A program made the position numbers and the translations under genes. Below, one piece after another: positions 49,731-61,348 of a stretch of 64,000 bases of DNA (position 1 is the stretch's first letter; each line of letters begins with the position of its first letter). The notes under the pieces are model-generated. The model did not search any database, was not told the DNA's origin, and saw only the letters and a program-made list of their open reading frames with translations. The stretch is taken from assembly GCA_051047955.1 (NCBI GenBank), contig JBPGPT010000001.1, positions 930,001 to 994,000 on the forward strand, written 5' to 3'. The DNA is from Cystobasidiomycetes sp. EMM_F5. Its lineage: Eukaryota.

Positions 49731-50836
49731 TCACTTACTGCCTTGCAAGGCCTTGATGTGGAGTTTGGCAGCAACAGCAAGATGATCAGAGGCATCTGCA
49801 ACGGCAAACCAATACCAGTCATAAAGCGCTCAGCACCGCTCTGGTCACTTGGCAAAATCTGCTCACAACAATGACCACCTTTTCCCTCGGTACACCGCAA
49901 CTTAACGTTTCTCGGTGGTCTCGCTTCATTCGTGGCACTTTGTCCGCCTTTTCTACTCCGCTTCGGCTGCGAAGTTCGCAGAGGTTGGCCTCCGTCCGTC
50001 CAAGCTTCCAAGAGCTCAAAGGTTGCTGGAGAATGAAGAATGAGATCAAGTCGTCTTCCCCTTCTCCGCTCACGAGATCCAGGAAAGAAGGGATACAACT
50101 CGCCAAAGGTCGGTTGATGTCGGAGGAGCGCTTCGCTTGAAAGTGCTCCAGAGGACGGACGTTTAGGCTGACATGCATCGACGTATGCGCCTTGCATCGA
50201 TCCGTGTCCGAGCAGTGTGGATAGTTCAGTGTATGAAGAATGGTTGAAATCGCCTAGTAAAATGGTAGGGTTGTCCGCTTCAATTCTAGCTCGCTGCGAC
50301 ATATCGGTGTACTGTCGGACTCTGGTCGAACTGTTTGCAGACATGGACTCAAAGTGCGATGTTGCGATGCGTAGCTTTGAGGCGAGGGAGAGAAAGATTG
50401 CAACTCTGCCTTGGCTACCAGGCAGCTTGAGCATCTCGGCCGTAGTGCTACCCTTTGGCAAGAGAGAGCGCTTGATTGCGAGTATGCATCCATCGTTGGC
50501 TCTATCGGCGATGGCTTGGCTTGAATATTGGTTGACACTCTGGCTTGAACCTGGCAGACCTGTACGCCAGTAATCTTGAAGACTGGTCATTACCCATCCG
50601 GCACCCGCATCACTCCCATCGCCGCTCAGCCATCGTTCTCGTCGGAGGGCTTTCTCAAACCCTACCGACACTTCCTGGAGCGCAATAACATCGGCCTGCA
50701 GTCTCCGGATGACTGCTATGGCTCCCTGTGTCCTCGCAGACGCATGCGGTAAGTCTGACGATGCTGTTCCAGAGTATACATTGTACGTCAGGCAGGTAAT
50801 TTCGGAAACTAGCTCGTTGTTCTGGGAGGCAGTCAT
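49731..50836 (-). CDS. Endonuclease/exonuclease/phosphatase (EEP, TDP2-like) domain protein
   Basis: LTYNV, DVIALQEV, ATSHFES, LLGDFN and RLDLI. The terminal SDH motif (YASDHLAVAAKL) appears once a late GT-AG intron is removed. Confidence 0.82.
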
Positions 50837-51040
50837 CGACGATGCGCCAGGCAGGCTCGACAGTGCGACCCATCGTCGTGTGGCATGGCAGAATGCAAAC
50901 AGTGGAACATGACAAACTTGCATAAAATGGGTCGCGGAAGTTGGTCGAAACCGACGAGAAGTAATGTGTCTTTCGAACCTGACGACATTGAGCCGGATAC
51001 CGACACAAACAAACGCAATAGGTTCAGAACTGAGCGCAGC

Positions 51041-51666
51041 ATGAGTATGTCGAGTGGTCTATACGGCCCATGACCGCGTATGCTACACCTGGTTTTGTGC
51101 AAGGACTGACTGCGTGCTCGCAGGCAACACCGTCAACAGCGAAGGCAACGTCCAGCACGGTCAGGTCGATGAGACACCGCTCTCGCCGGTCGAGGAGATG
51201 AAGTCCCCGCTCGAGAAACTGCTCAAGCAGCGACCAAACGAAAAGGAGCTCATAGAGGTGCGCGTCGATAACAGCTGGGGTCCCCGTCCTCAGGTACCCA
51301 CCCTGACGTGACGTGTTGCCTTCCGCAGAAAAACATCATGCATGGTATTGCATATTGCTGAAGCGGAACATGCCATCAAGGCTAAGTACTAACATCGTCC
51401 GTCCCTGCTCCCTAGACTCCAAGGTCGCACCAGCCCTACAGGCAGCGCAAAAGGAGCTGGAACGCAGTCAGCTCCAGGACAAGCTTGGACAGGCTCTTCA
51501 TACCCGTCCAACCCCTCAGGAGCTGGTCAAGGAAGGTATCCTAGAGAGTGGGTTCAAGGTACCGGTCGACTTGCATCGGTGGGCTAATGCGGGGATTTTT
51601 GCAGAAACCGAGGCTCCAGATAGCTCTCTGCCGGCAGAGAAGGTCGAAGTACCATCTATCTCGTGA
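51041..51666 (+). CDS. Small fungal RPEL-repeat protein
   Basis: Spliced MSNTV..LEKLLKQRPNEKELIEKNIMHDSKVAPALQAAQKELERSQLQDKLGQALHTRPTPQELVKEGIL, which contains two RPxxxEL repeats. Confidence 0.85.
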
Positions 51667-51753
51667 AGAATGCCTATCAGAAGGTGCGGATACTCACGGA
51701 GGGTGCCTTTCGCAGTATGCGCACACGCGATTGCCACACTACTCGTACCGTAT

Positions 51754-53613
51754 TCAAATCTGTGCCAGGTCAACAACGCCGCCGTCTGTGCCAGATATAC
51801 CCAGCAAATCCCAAGCACGTTGAATTGACTTAATGTCTCTGCCGCTCTCTGCTTTTGCCAAACAAAGTACTTGTCCCCGCCTTCGCTCACCAGATGGAGT
51901 CATTCTCCCCACTCGCCCCGATATATGGAGATAATCTTGCGAATCCTTGACCAGACCCGGGCCAACAATGATGTGATTAAGGCCAGGAATATCCAATCCC
52001 CGAACGGCATTGACTGATTGTACGTATAAGCGTGCTTCGTCGTGCTCGAGCCGTTGGATGAGCCCCTCGCTGACAGTAGTTGCTGGTACATCCAATGCCC
52101 GGAGCTGTTCAATGAGCGTTGTTGCTGACATTCCTGATGGTATGAGTAGGAGACCGTTCGATATCTCGTGGTAGGCCACCAAGGTGGCAACGGCCATGCT
52201 GAGACGGTCTGAAGCGGAAGTAGTACCTGAAACCGTCTGCGTTCTCGAGCGCAGGTCTCCCTGAGAGCTGCTCGGCGCAACTAGCTCTCCGTCTGCATCA
52301 AACCTATACAGGATATGCTGCAACTCGGATGATGGCAGCAGAGATTGTCCGATCCTTTCGTACTCGGTCGCATTGGCTGAGCTGTCAATCTGAGACTGCC
52401 CTGAAAAATCGTACCAATCGATCTGCTTCTTGCCCAATATACCTTCCGAGCCTATCCAGCCGCTCCTTCTGACCAGCCAGTCACGAAATACTGAATTCGC
52501 GGTAGCGCTGACTGCAATCAACCGCTTCGTCTCCGCTTGCTTTGTTTGCCGGGACATTTGAGATCGACCTCGGCGCGGAAGGGTCTTCGCTGATTCCGGC
52601 TGACTATGCTTACCGTCTTGAGTGAGCAGTTCCTTCATGAGCGAGATCAGTAACGGTGGATGCCGTTCCCACTTGTGGAGTTCAGACCGTGCGGCAAAGC
52701 GGGACGGTAGAGACATCATATCGTCCGCTTCATCCAGCGCAATAGTATGTATATCGGCAAATTGTTCGAACGGATGATCAGTCAATGCATCGAGAAGCGC
52801 GTTTGGCGTGGCTACGAGCATTCGAGTCATGGGCGATATAGCAGTCTCTTCGGCTCCCCTATACAGCACTTGCCAGACTGGGGTGGGTAAGGTATCTGCT
52901 GCTCCATTGTCCATTTGTGCAATTTCTTGGCCCTCGGGACCGTCTGGGCTTCTTTCGGTTAACTTGCCTGATGAATGTAAAGCAGAACGATGCATAGCCA
53001 TGCCATCCTGTAGCTCGGACAGCCAATATTCGTACTGTCGAGCCAATTCGGTGTGGGGAACGAGCAGGAGGTGCAACAGAGGTCCACGGCCATTCCGCGA
53101 AATACGTTTGCCAATGGAGTTTATGCCAGCGGAGAGGAGACCTAGTGTTAGAGCCAAAGATCTATGGATCATCGAAGCAAGATCGAGGGAAATGGAAAGG
53201 GTTTCTTTAGCCGAGAATTTGAAGATTCCTTGATTGCTTGGACTGACTTGCCGGAGCCTGTGACATCTCTCAATATGAAGCTATTACCGTAAAGAGGTTG
53301 GTCTTTGGCTTCCTGAACGTTCTTGCGACGGGAAAGCAGAGCCTGCAAGATTGCGACTTGACATGGTGTCGGGTCCTTGACGTAGGGAAACGCATACCCT
53401 AGACCAGCAAGGACTTCAGATGGCAGAAGAAAGTCCTTCACGTTCGACAGCACGCTCGTGAGCCATGTCAAGCAGTGCTGTTGTTTTCTTGAAACCTACG
53501 CGAAAAGTTACGGCAGGATCTGATTCTGCAGACGTTGATGACAGCCGTCGAGAGCCCGGAAGCACATAGCCGCGACGAGAAAGCAGCAGCAGACGTTTGG
53601 AGCAGGTATTCAT
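51754..53613 (-). CDS. DEAD-box RNA helicase, probably mitochondrial
   Basis: Presequence-like start, Q-motif PTPCQ, TGSGK, VPHTELA, VATP, LDEAD, SAT, RGLD and YLHISGRVGR. Confidence 0.85.
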
Positions 53614-53888
53614 GGTAAAAGTTGAATATACATGACGAAATTCGGTAAAGGGCAGGAATAGAATAGACAGCTATTTGTATAACTTGTTCATGAGCGTTTA
53701 CGCGCGTCATCGCGAGTCACAGCAAAATTTAGAAAAAACAATGCAACGAACAAGTCAATTTTCAGCGGTTGTAGGGATCCGGCTACATATTTATCGAGAG
53801 CTGTTATCCTTTTGATCTATGTAACAAGATGGCACAGTATCCCGATGAGCCATTCTGTGCAACGCCCACATAGAGCATATGTCGCTGC

Positions 53889-55718
53889 TCACTGCCCATA
53901 TGACTGAACTGACGGCGAGAAAACCGAATAGTAACTAAGAGGAGGTTTGTTTACTGTGACAGCATCGGTCGTTGGCTGCATCGCTGCGTTCAAGGCGGAT
54001 GTCAGAAGTGGAACACAGCGAGAGTCAAAGGGACATCTCACGTACTATTTGCAAAATGGTTGCCTGGAGCAGGCTGATAATAGAACGGCGGCGGAATTTG
54101 GTCGATTTTGGGGGATACTATGTTCGGGGTTGAATTCGGCGGGGACACCAAAGCGATGTCGAGAACATTGGCAGCAAGCGGAGTCGCGCTTGACGTCAAG
54201 AACGATGACGACAAAAGGCCTGCTGAATCAAAGGGTTGATTCTGTACGGCGGCCAATTGCAAATTTTGCATCGCGGGGTCACCAATATTATTGCTGGCTG
54301 CACCAGCGAGAGCTCCAACGGGCAACGGCGGTAACGGGGGTAGTGCGCTTGAAGCGAAGGCTGAGACGTTTGCGACAGCGTTCGCGACAGGGTCCTTTGC
54401 AATACTCAGCGAGGATCTTGCCCGGTAAAGAGCCTGCCCATTGATCTCCGTTGTGAGCGGCCTGGCCCCTCTCAACATACGGAAGGCTTCCTGCAAGCTG
54501 TGGGGCAGACTCGGATACAGCGTCGCAAGGCTCCCACCGTTTACGACTTCCGGCGCGAGAGCATCGGAAAATCCTGTATATCCACCTAAACCGTGGTCCT
54601 GTTGTCCAGCAATCGCAGCAGACGACAATGGCGCGGTTGTTGAATGGTTCTGACTTCGGTCATCTCCTGCCAACAATCTCTGAAAGTCGAAGGCTTCGAT
54701 CGTGTTCTGGTTGCTGAGTCCGTTTGTGGGGGCGGGCATTTGGACCTCCACATCGGACATCGACCACCCGAGACCTTCGGCACCTTTCTGACGTTTTGAT
54801 GATGCCATATCAAACTCGCTCTTGCGCTTTATGTGCTGATTGTTACTTGCACCGTCGACTGCTTGGTCTCTTGCATCAAGTGGCGTGAGGCTGAAGAAGT
54901 TGGACAATACAGGACTTGTACTCCCTCGATCTGAGTGAGAGCCCGTCACGGCGCCTTTAGCCCGAGAGGCTTTCGGCTTGGCTTTGCGAACGACAGCTTT
55001 CACTTCATCCATCGGCGAGTCGCGAACCTGGGCGTATATGATCATCAATGTCGACCTCAACCCAGGCCATCGCATTCCTTAGATATACGCACGAGGTGTT
55101 CATGCTGCATGACCTTGACATTCGGTCCAAGCGTAGAAGCCACCAAATGAGTCTCATTGTCAAGGATAATTTTATTGAGCTCGTTCTGCGAGATCCTTCG
55201 CCATCCGTATATCTAAGATTGGAATAGAATCGACGCAGTGAGGATTTGCCTCAACTGATTCACACATTGCTCTCTTACGTACCGTCATTTGACGCTGAAA
55301 GCTCTGATAGTCCTTGTGCTTGCATATTTGCGATTCTGTTAGAGCGATTGGAACTGCATCTGGATCGTATATAACCAGGTATTGCCCATTGCTGGAAAAG
55401 CCAATGATGGGCGTAGAAGCATCGTCTGCAATGAAACTTTCACGGAGTTTTACGACCGTCAGGAGCCGGAATGTGAGGGGATCTAATAAACCGCTTGGCT
55501 CACTTCCACAACTTTTCCAAGAAGTTGTTGTCCCTCCGCTTGCCATTCGTGATGCTCTCCGAGCTCGCTGATGTCGACGGTACCACACCACTGCCGATTT
55601 CAGCTGTCATCGTCTCAGTAGTAGCCGTACGGGCCATATCGGTCGAGGCGGGCCCGACCGGATGCGTATAGCAGTGTGCAGCTGATGGCACAAGCGTCGA
55701 CTGCTGTTACCTATCCAT
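53889..55718 (-). CDS. Divergent HSF-type DNA-binding domain transcription factor
   Basis: Spliced NNFLEKLWK|LRE..IIGFSSNGQYLVIYDP..CKHKDYQSFQRQMT|IYGWRRI..QHEHL|VRD..VVRK, followed by a low-complexity tail. Both termini are uncertain. Confidence 0.72.
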
Positions 55719-57809
55719 GAGTGCGTTGTTGCGAACAAGAACGTCAGAAAGACTCGCTCGCATCATAATCCGTGCTCCGATCGCGGCCTTCAGGAAAGTG
55801 TCCTGCAAACCATCTTTTCGTCTGCATGCATAAAGCATAAGCATTCTTCCCCTCCGCTCTGTTTCTATCACAGTACCTCGAGCTCGTCCGGGATCCCACA
55901 GCCGAAGTAGCTGACTTGACCTGCACATACATCGATATCACATATCACATATACTTACATCCTCTAGTGAATGCTAATGTCTGCTCCGTAGGATGAGCCG
56001 TACTGATCCACAACCGATAGTCGCGCACGTACGCGAGGCCTCAGTACCGAGCCTTTCCAATCGGCATGTAGACCAGAGCTGCGACTCCGGCACCGCATCC
56101 GCAAATCGAAATCACCCCTAGCGGACGCACACTCACCAAGAACAACAGCAGATCTACTGCTCTGTTCGACCGCCGCTGAAGATTACGGCTACACTGAGGT
56201 TCTGCTCGGCCAAAGGAGATGTCGCGCTGCAAGATCGCGAGTCGAGACATACGGCCATGCTCAGCACTTTGGTATGACAGGGCCAGAATGTACTTAGCAA
56301 GATGGGCGTACGGTGAAGGGCTGATTGCCATTGTACGCTGAAACGTGCAAGCGCGTGCAAACGTATTGAAAGCTACGGTTGCCCACGTCTTTGACCTTTG
56401 GAGCTGATCGTCAGCTACTTTCCCTGAATTGAAAATGCGTGCTGCTTGTCTTACAACACAGGTGCCGCGGGCTGAACCGTGGAATTTGGAGAAAGGCAGA
56501 TATCTTTCACAGACGAGGGTATATACATGGCTAACTTACACTTTGCTGCTGACATGACTGCTGGGAGTTAACGGAGAGTAAGGCATCGTTCTCTTGATCC
56601 ACGGCAAATCAACGCATCATATGATTCACTGTCGCTTCGCATGCTCAGCTCGAGCGATTCCTGCGAGACTTACTGCTGACAAGCCGCAATACGCTCCTCA
56701 TGCTTCGCTGATTATGGACAATAGCACCCACCTCACGCCTGGAGCAGTCATCATTCACACTACTGAGGTCCGAGGGTTGCGAATGCGGTTCTTTGACGCG
56801 AGGCCGATGAAGAGGAAGTCAAGAATGATTGGTCTGTCGTTTCGATCTTTTGACATTCATCCTGTTCGTGCTGTGCGGCAGGTCCCGCTACCTTTCTCCA
56901 GTATCCGACGTCTGGATCCAACAGAGTCTCACGAGGCATGTCTTTCTTGATCCATAGCAAGTCTACCGTTCCAGAAGCATTGCAGTGGAATGCGGTAGCG
57001 CTATGTATGACTTTCTCTAACACAGCTTGCGAGGCTACAATGTCGGTCTGTGCAGCTGGTAGTGACGATCATACTGCATGCGATGCTTGAACGAAATGTG
57101 CAACCTTGGCTCGTTGTGCTAGAGTCGCAGGGGATGCGGCCGTGACAGTGGCGTAAGCGGTATCATCTCGACTCCGACTCTGTGAAGGGACTGTGAGAGT
57201 CGAATGTACGATATCGGCCATTCCTTCGTGTGCACTAGGAACTACTCCAGGCCCTGACTGACGGATACAAGTTCTGTTTGCATGGCCAGAATCTTCGAGA
57301 TTTGAGGTGAGTTTATATATGCAATAGGCACCTCGATTCGGGATCTCGATGGTCGCATAGCTCAGTTTGGTTAGAGCATTGTACTAATAATGCAAGGGTC
57401 GGCAGTTCGAGTCTGTCTGTGATCACTTTTAGATGTCGAGAGTCGCTTCTCCGCTTTTTGCTTGATGCCACGCCAAACGTATTTGCGTATTGAAGCGCGA
57501 TCACGCACGAGCATAGCAATCGCACACGCGTTACCGTTTCACGCAAAACCTTTCGATAATGCCGTGATGGACCGTTATTATAAATATCACTAAAAAAGCA
57601 TCGACATAAGCAATCCAGAGATACTGTGGATTTTCAGACATAGACCCATGCGCAAAGCTCAATAGTAATTCCAATTGAAAAAGGACAATAATTTCTTCCC
57701 AATCATCGCCGGACTATTTGGCCAAATGATACAGGAGGTCAAATCCATATAAATGTATACGCTACTTTTCAACGACAATATTCGCCAGAATGACCATTCC
57801 ACACCAATA

Positions 57810-59292
57810 CTACCAACCCTTAACCGGAATCCACACGTCCTGAACCTTCGTATCTCCATCGACAATAAGGAACCAGGGGTGTTGCGCTGCGGTTAGGCAT
57901 GCATGTTGAGGTACAATTCTCACGTACTGACCGATCTCCGGCAATGCACCTTGTCCTACGAGAATACCGTGCTCTTGCGAATTTCTTCCCAAACTCCACC
58001 CATCAAGGCTTTCCGGAGACACTACTGGACCAAAACCTGGGATAGGACCGGTGTCTTTCGACATGCAGATTGCGCCTGCGTCACAGACGGCTTCGTTGCG
58101 CTCTTCGTATGTTGACAGAACGGTCGCTCCGACAGTCATTGCACAGTCTGGTAGCCCGACAAGAGTTGTTGCGACTTGCTGGTAATCGAGCAAGCAGTAG
58201 TTGCCTGCATGCAATTCGACCTTACCAACGAGTTGTCCTTGAGCGACGCCCGCTCTAGCCCGAGCCTCTTCCCACTCGCCATGAGCAGCATGGGCGGTCG
58301 GAGTAGCGCCGACCGCAAGTCTCAAACCGCCTTCTTCCAGCTTTTCGGGCCCAGCTCCAACCTCTTTGAGCACTTGGAGGACTCTCTTAGCGACATTGTT
58401 GGCCGAAGCAACTTCAAGCGCAAGGTAGTCGGCAGCAGTTTGACCACTCTTGGACGTGTAGGAGAAGCTGGCGTGCGTGTAGGTGCCGAAGATGGAGACA
58501 TGCGGAGACTGAGCGGCCGTTTTGATGAGGAGATCCATTGCAGCAGAGTCGGGTGGTAAACCTGCGCGTCTGGGAAGACATAAGATTCTCAGTAATCACA
58601 TTGTAGATACGGCATATTCAAAGACTACGCACTTCGTCCCAATGTCTAGCTTGAGGAAAATGCTCCATACACCCTTTTCTCCTTGTGCTGCAAGAGCCTT
58701 CTCCAATTGTTGGATTTGCGAAGGATGATCCACCATAACACGCAACCTCGCGTTGTATTGCTCCAACATTTTTTTTGAATGGATAAGCTCTGGGAAGAGA
58801 TTAACAGGAAGTGGCATGCTGTACAAGACCTGTGTGACGATGTCAGGAATTTCATGCACATCTTGGGCGAACTGCAGCTCAATTGACATCTCTAATAAGT
58901 CCTTCTTTCAATCCTGCATATTGCACGGAACGCCTGATTGACGTCAAGTCAGTTCATGTACGCGCTCGGATCAGGGACGTTCGCTGTACATACAGTTCGG
59001 GAAGCGTGCTGACCACGATACGAGACGTTGAGGTAGCTTCGCACTGTAAACGCGCTCCTTCGGGCGTTTTATGAGTCTTGATGTGAGCTCGGAAATCCCA
59101 CCCGAGCTTCTCTACGGACTTTTGCATTCGCTGGCAATTTTGCACATAGATACTTCTGTCAATGACAAGATGCGGGGTTTGAATTTGCGAGACGTTTTTG
59201 CCCTTGAACAGTTGCAGCAGAGCGTCCTTGTTCGGCGTTGGGACTATGGGCTGCCTGTCATTCAAATCGTGGCTGTGACTGGAGGAGGCCAT
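57810..59292 (-). CDS. DSD1: D-serine dehydratase (fold-type III PLP enzyme)
   Basis: TPHLVID, FRAHIKTHKT (PLP lysine), MVDH, FLKLD.G, YTHA, GATPTA, ELHAGNY, DAGAICMSKD, SQEHG, IVPQHACL and C-terminal W.PVKGW. Confidence 0.9.
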
Positions 59293-59917
59293 CGCGACGC
59301 AAATACAATGCAGTGACGAGAACAAGGACGGTGAGTGTGGAGTTGCAAGCGGACAGGCTGTTAGGAAAGCACAAAGACTCAACAAAATATCGCTATTCGC
59401 AGAGCCCGGCTACGTGAACCGAAGTCACGTGTCTTGTTCTTCGGCTGCTGGGACGCCCTAACAAGACTCGTACGCTACATCCAGCTGCTGCCGCTGTCTA
59501 TTACATAGCTTTGCGTGTTTGAACATCTCTTCTGTGCTATTCAAGACCGACTACATCGTATCATCGGGTCATTACCTTGGTAAACGAGCTTCAATTCATA
59601 GATAGTCTATGCATGATGTCCGACAGAAGCTTATTATATGCTTGCTTCGACCATTTGCAGGCAGCACGGCTCTACTGGCTGAAACAGTAGTGGTCGCATA
59701 CCGCCATTCCGAGCAACGAGTAGATCTATCTCGGTTGAGAGGCCTGCGTCGGTCCATGCCGCCTGGAATCAAGCGATAGCTGGGGCCTACGCGGTTGGAG
59801 CCTGCCGATAAAAGGATATCCAGGCGTGCGACATAAAGACTGCATTCTCAGCCGATGGGCTCTCGTCTTCTTTCCGCTCCAGAAAGCAGTTCTAGCAACC
59901 TCCCGAAAGAAACTACA

Positions 59918-61185
59918 ATGTCTACCGACCACAGCGCCAACGTCCTCAATGGCCTGACTGACCGCTACGCAGAAATCTTTGGACCAAAGTATGCCGACCT
60001 GTATCGTAAACACATCGGTCAGTTCGAGGCTGCAATTTATAGACTTTCATGGCTTGTATGAAAGCTGACGGTCTATTTTTATTAGCTGGTCACCGCTTAG
60101 CTCATGACATGGCCATCGAGGAGTATCGTGCAAAGCCAGTCATCCTATCATTTGGTAGTCCAGCAGGCCCTGAAGTCGGTCGCATTGTCGATTTGTCAGT
60201 CCCCGTAGAAGACGGATCCAGCATCCCGATCCGCGTGTACTATCCCAAATCTTATGAGAACGGTCAAATCCTGCCAGCATACATCAATTACCATGGCGGA
60301 GGTGAGTGCATAGGCATATACAATCTCTTCTGAGGTCAAATTGCTGACTGTAGAATAAATCAGGATGGGTTATTGGCAATGTCGGAGATGATGACGCTTT
60401 CAACCGCAGCGTTGTCCGCGACTGCAATTGCGTAGCCATAGACGTCGGATATCGTCTCGCGCCCGAATACAAGTTCCCAATCCCCGTCACCGACTCATGG
60501 GACGCCTATCGCCATATTGCCAACAATGCCAAAGACTACGGCGTGGACCCATCCAAGCTTGCTGTCGGCGGTTTCTCCGCAGGAGGTCACATCGCAGCTG
60601 TCATCAGTCAGCTTGCCCGCGACACCGAGTTTGCATACAAACCGTGCTTCCAGCTGTTGGTCATTCCGGTATGCGACGCTACTGCCCTGGATTCAAACTT
60701 CGAAGTGGCCAGAGGTGTGCTTGATCCTTAAGGTGATGAGATGGGTTATTGATGTCTATAGCAACGCCGCAGATTGCCCGCACAAGTCCTGGATCGAACA
60801 CCATGACGCTCCTTTTCTTTCTCACGCCCGTATGTCCTGGTTCTACCGATATTTCCTCAAGGCGAAGCCGTCCCGTGAATACCTATCTCAGCCAACTCTG
60901 TCTCCGCTCAAGGCAGAGAGCCTCGCCAATCTCCCTCCTGCTCTTGTCGTACCTGCAGAAGTCGATGTTCTGCGGGAGGAAGGCATTGCATACGCACGCC
61001 GCCTAGCAAATGAATCTGGGTCTTGGACCCAGCTTTGGCTTGCTAGACGAGTGCCCCACCCTTTCCCGCATCAAGTTGATGCCACGCCCGTGGCAGCAGA
61101 ATTCAGACAACTGGCTATCGAAAGACTTCAGGAAGCATTCGCAGGAAAGTTGCAGGGCAAAACCGACTTTATCTCAAATCTCTAA
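59918..61185 (+). CDS. Hormone-sensitive-lipase-like alpha/beta hydrolase (Abhydrolase_3) with PTS1-like SNL terminus
   Basis: IPIRVYYP, YHGG|GWVIG, YRLAPEYKFP, GFSAGG nucleophile elbow, AEVDVLREEGIAYARRL, VPHPF, ending DFISNL*. Confidence 0.88.
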
Positions 61186-61348
61186 GCATTTTCGCGCATC
61201 TTTGAGCTACACACCAGGACTTTTGCCATCCTTGATTCTAGATATGGCTTCAACGTAATGACCGCTGTATCGTCTCTAAATTCGCATCTCTTTGTACACG
61301 CATTAACCTGTGGTTCCCAGTCAAAACAATTATGACTTCTCGGTTGAG

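Noticed and set aside
56645..56754. Minus-strand ATGATGA..CTGA pair 110 nt apart (C/D snoRNA)
   Set aside because: The terminal stem is weak and I recognise no rRNA-complementary guide, so it is compatible with chance.
55950..57800. Short ORFs in the 2-kb region between the HSF gene and DSD1
   Set aside because: There are no recognisable domains, terminal repeats or transposase/RT motifs, so I treated it as regulatory or intergenic.
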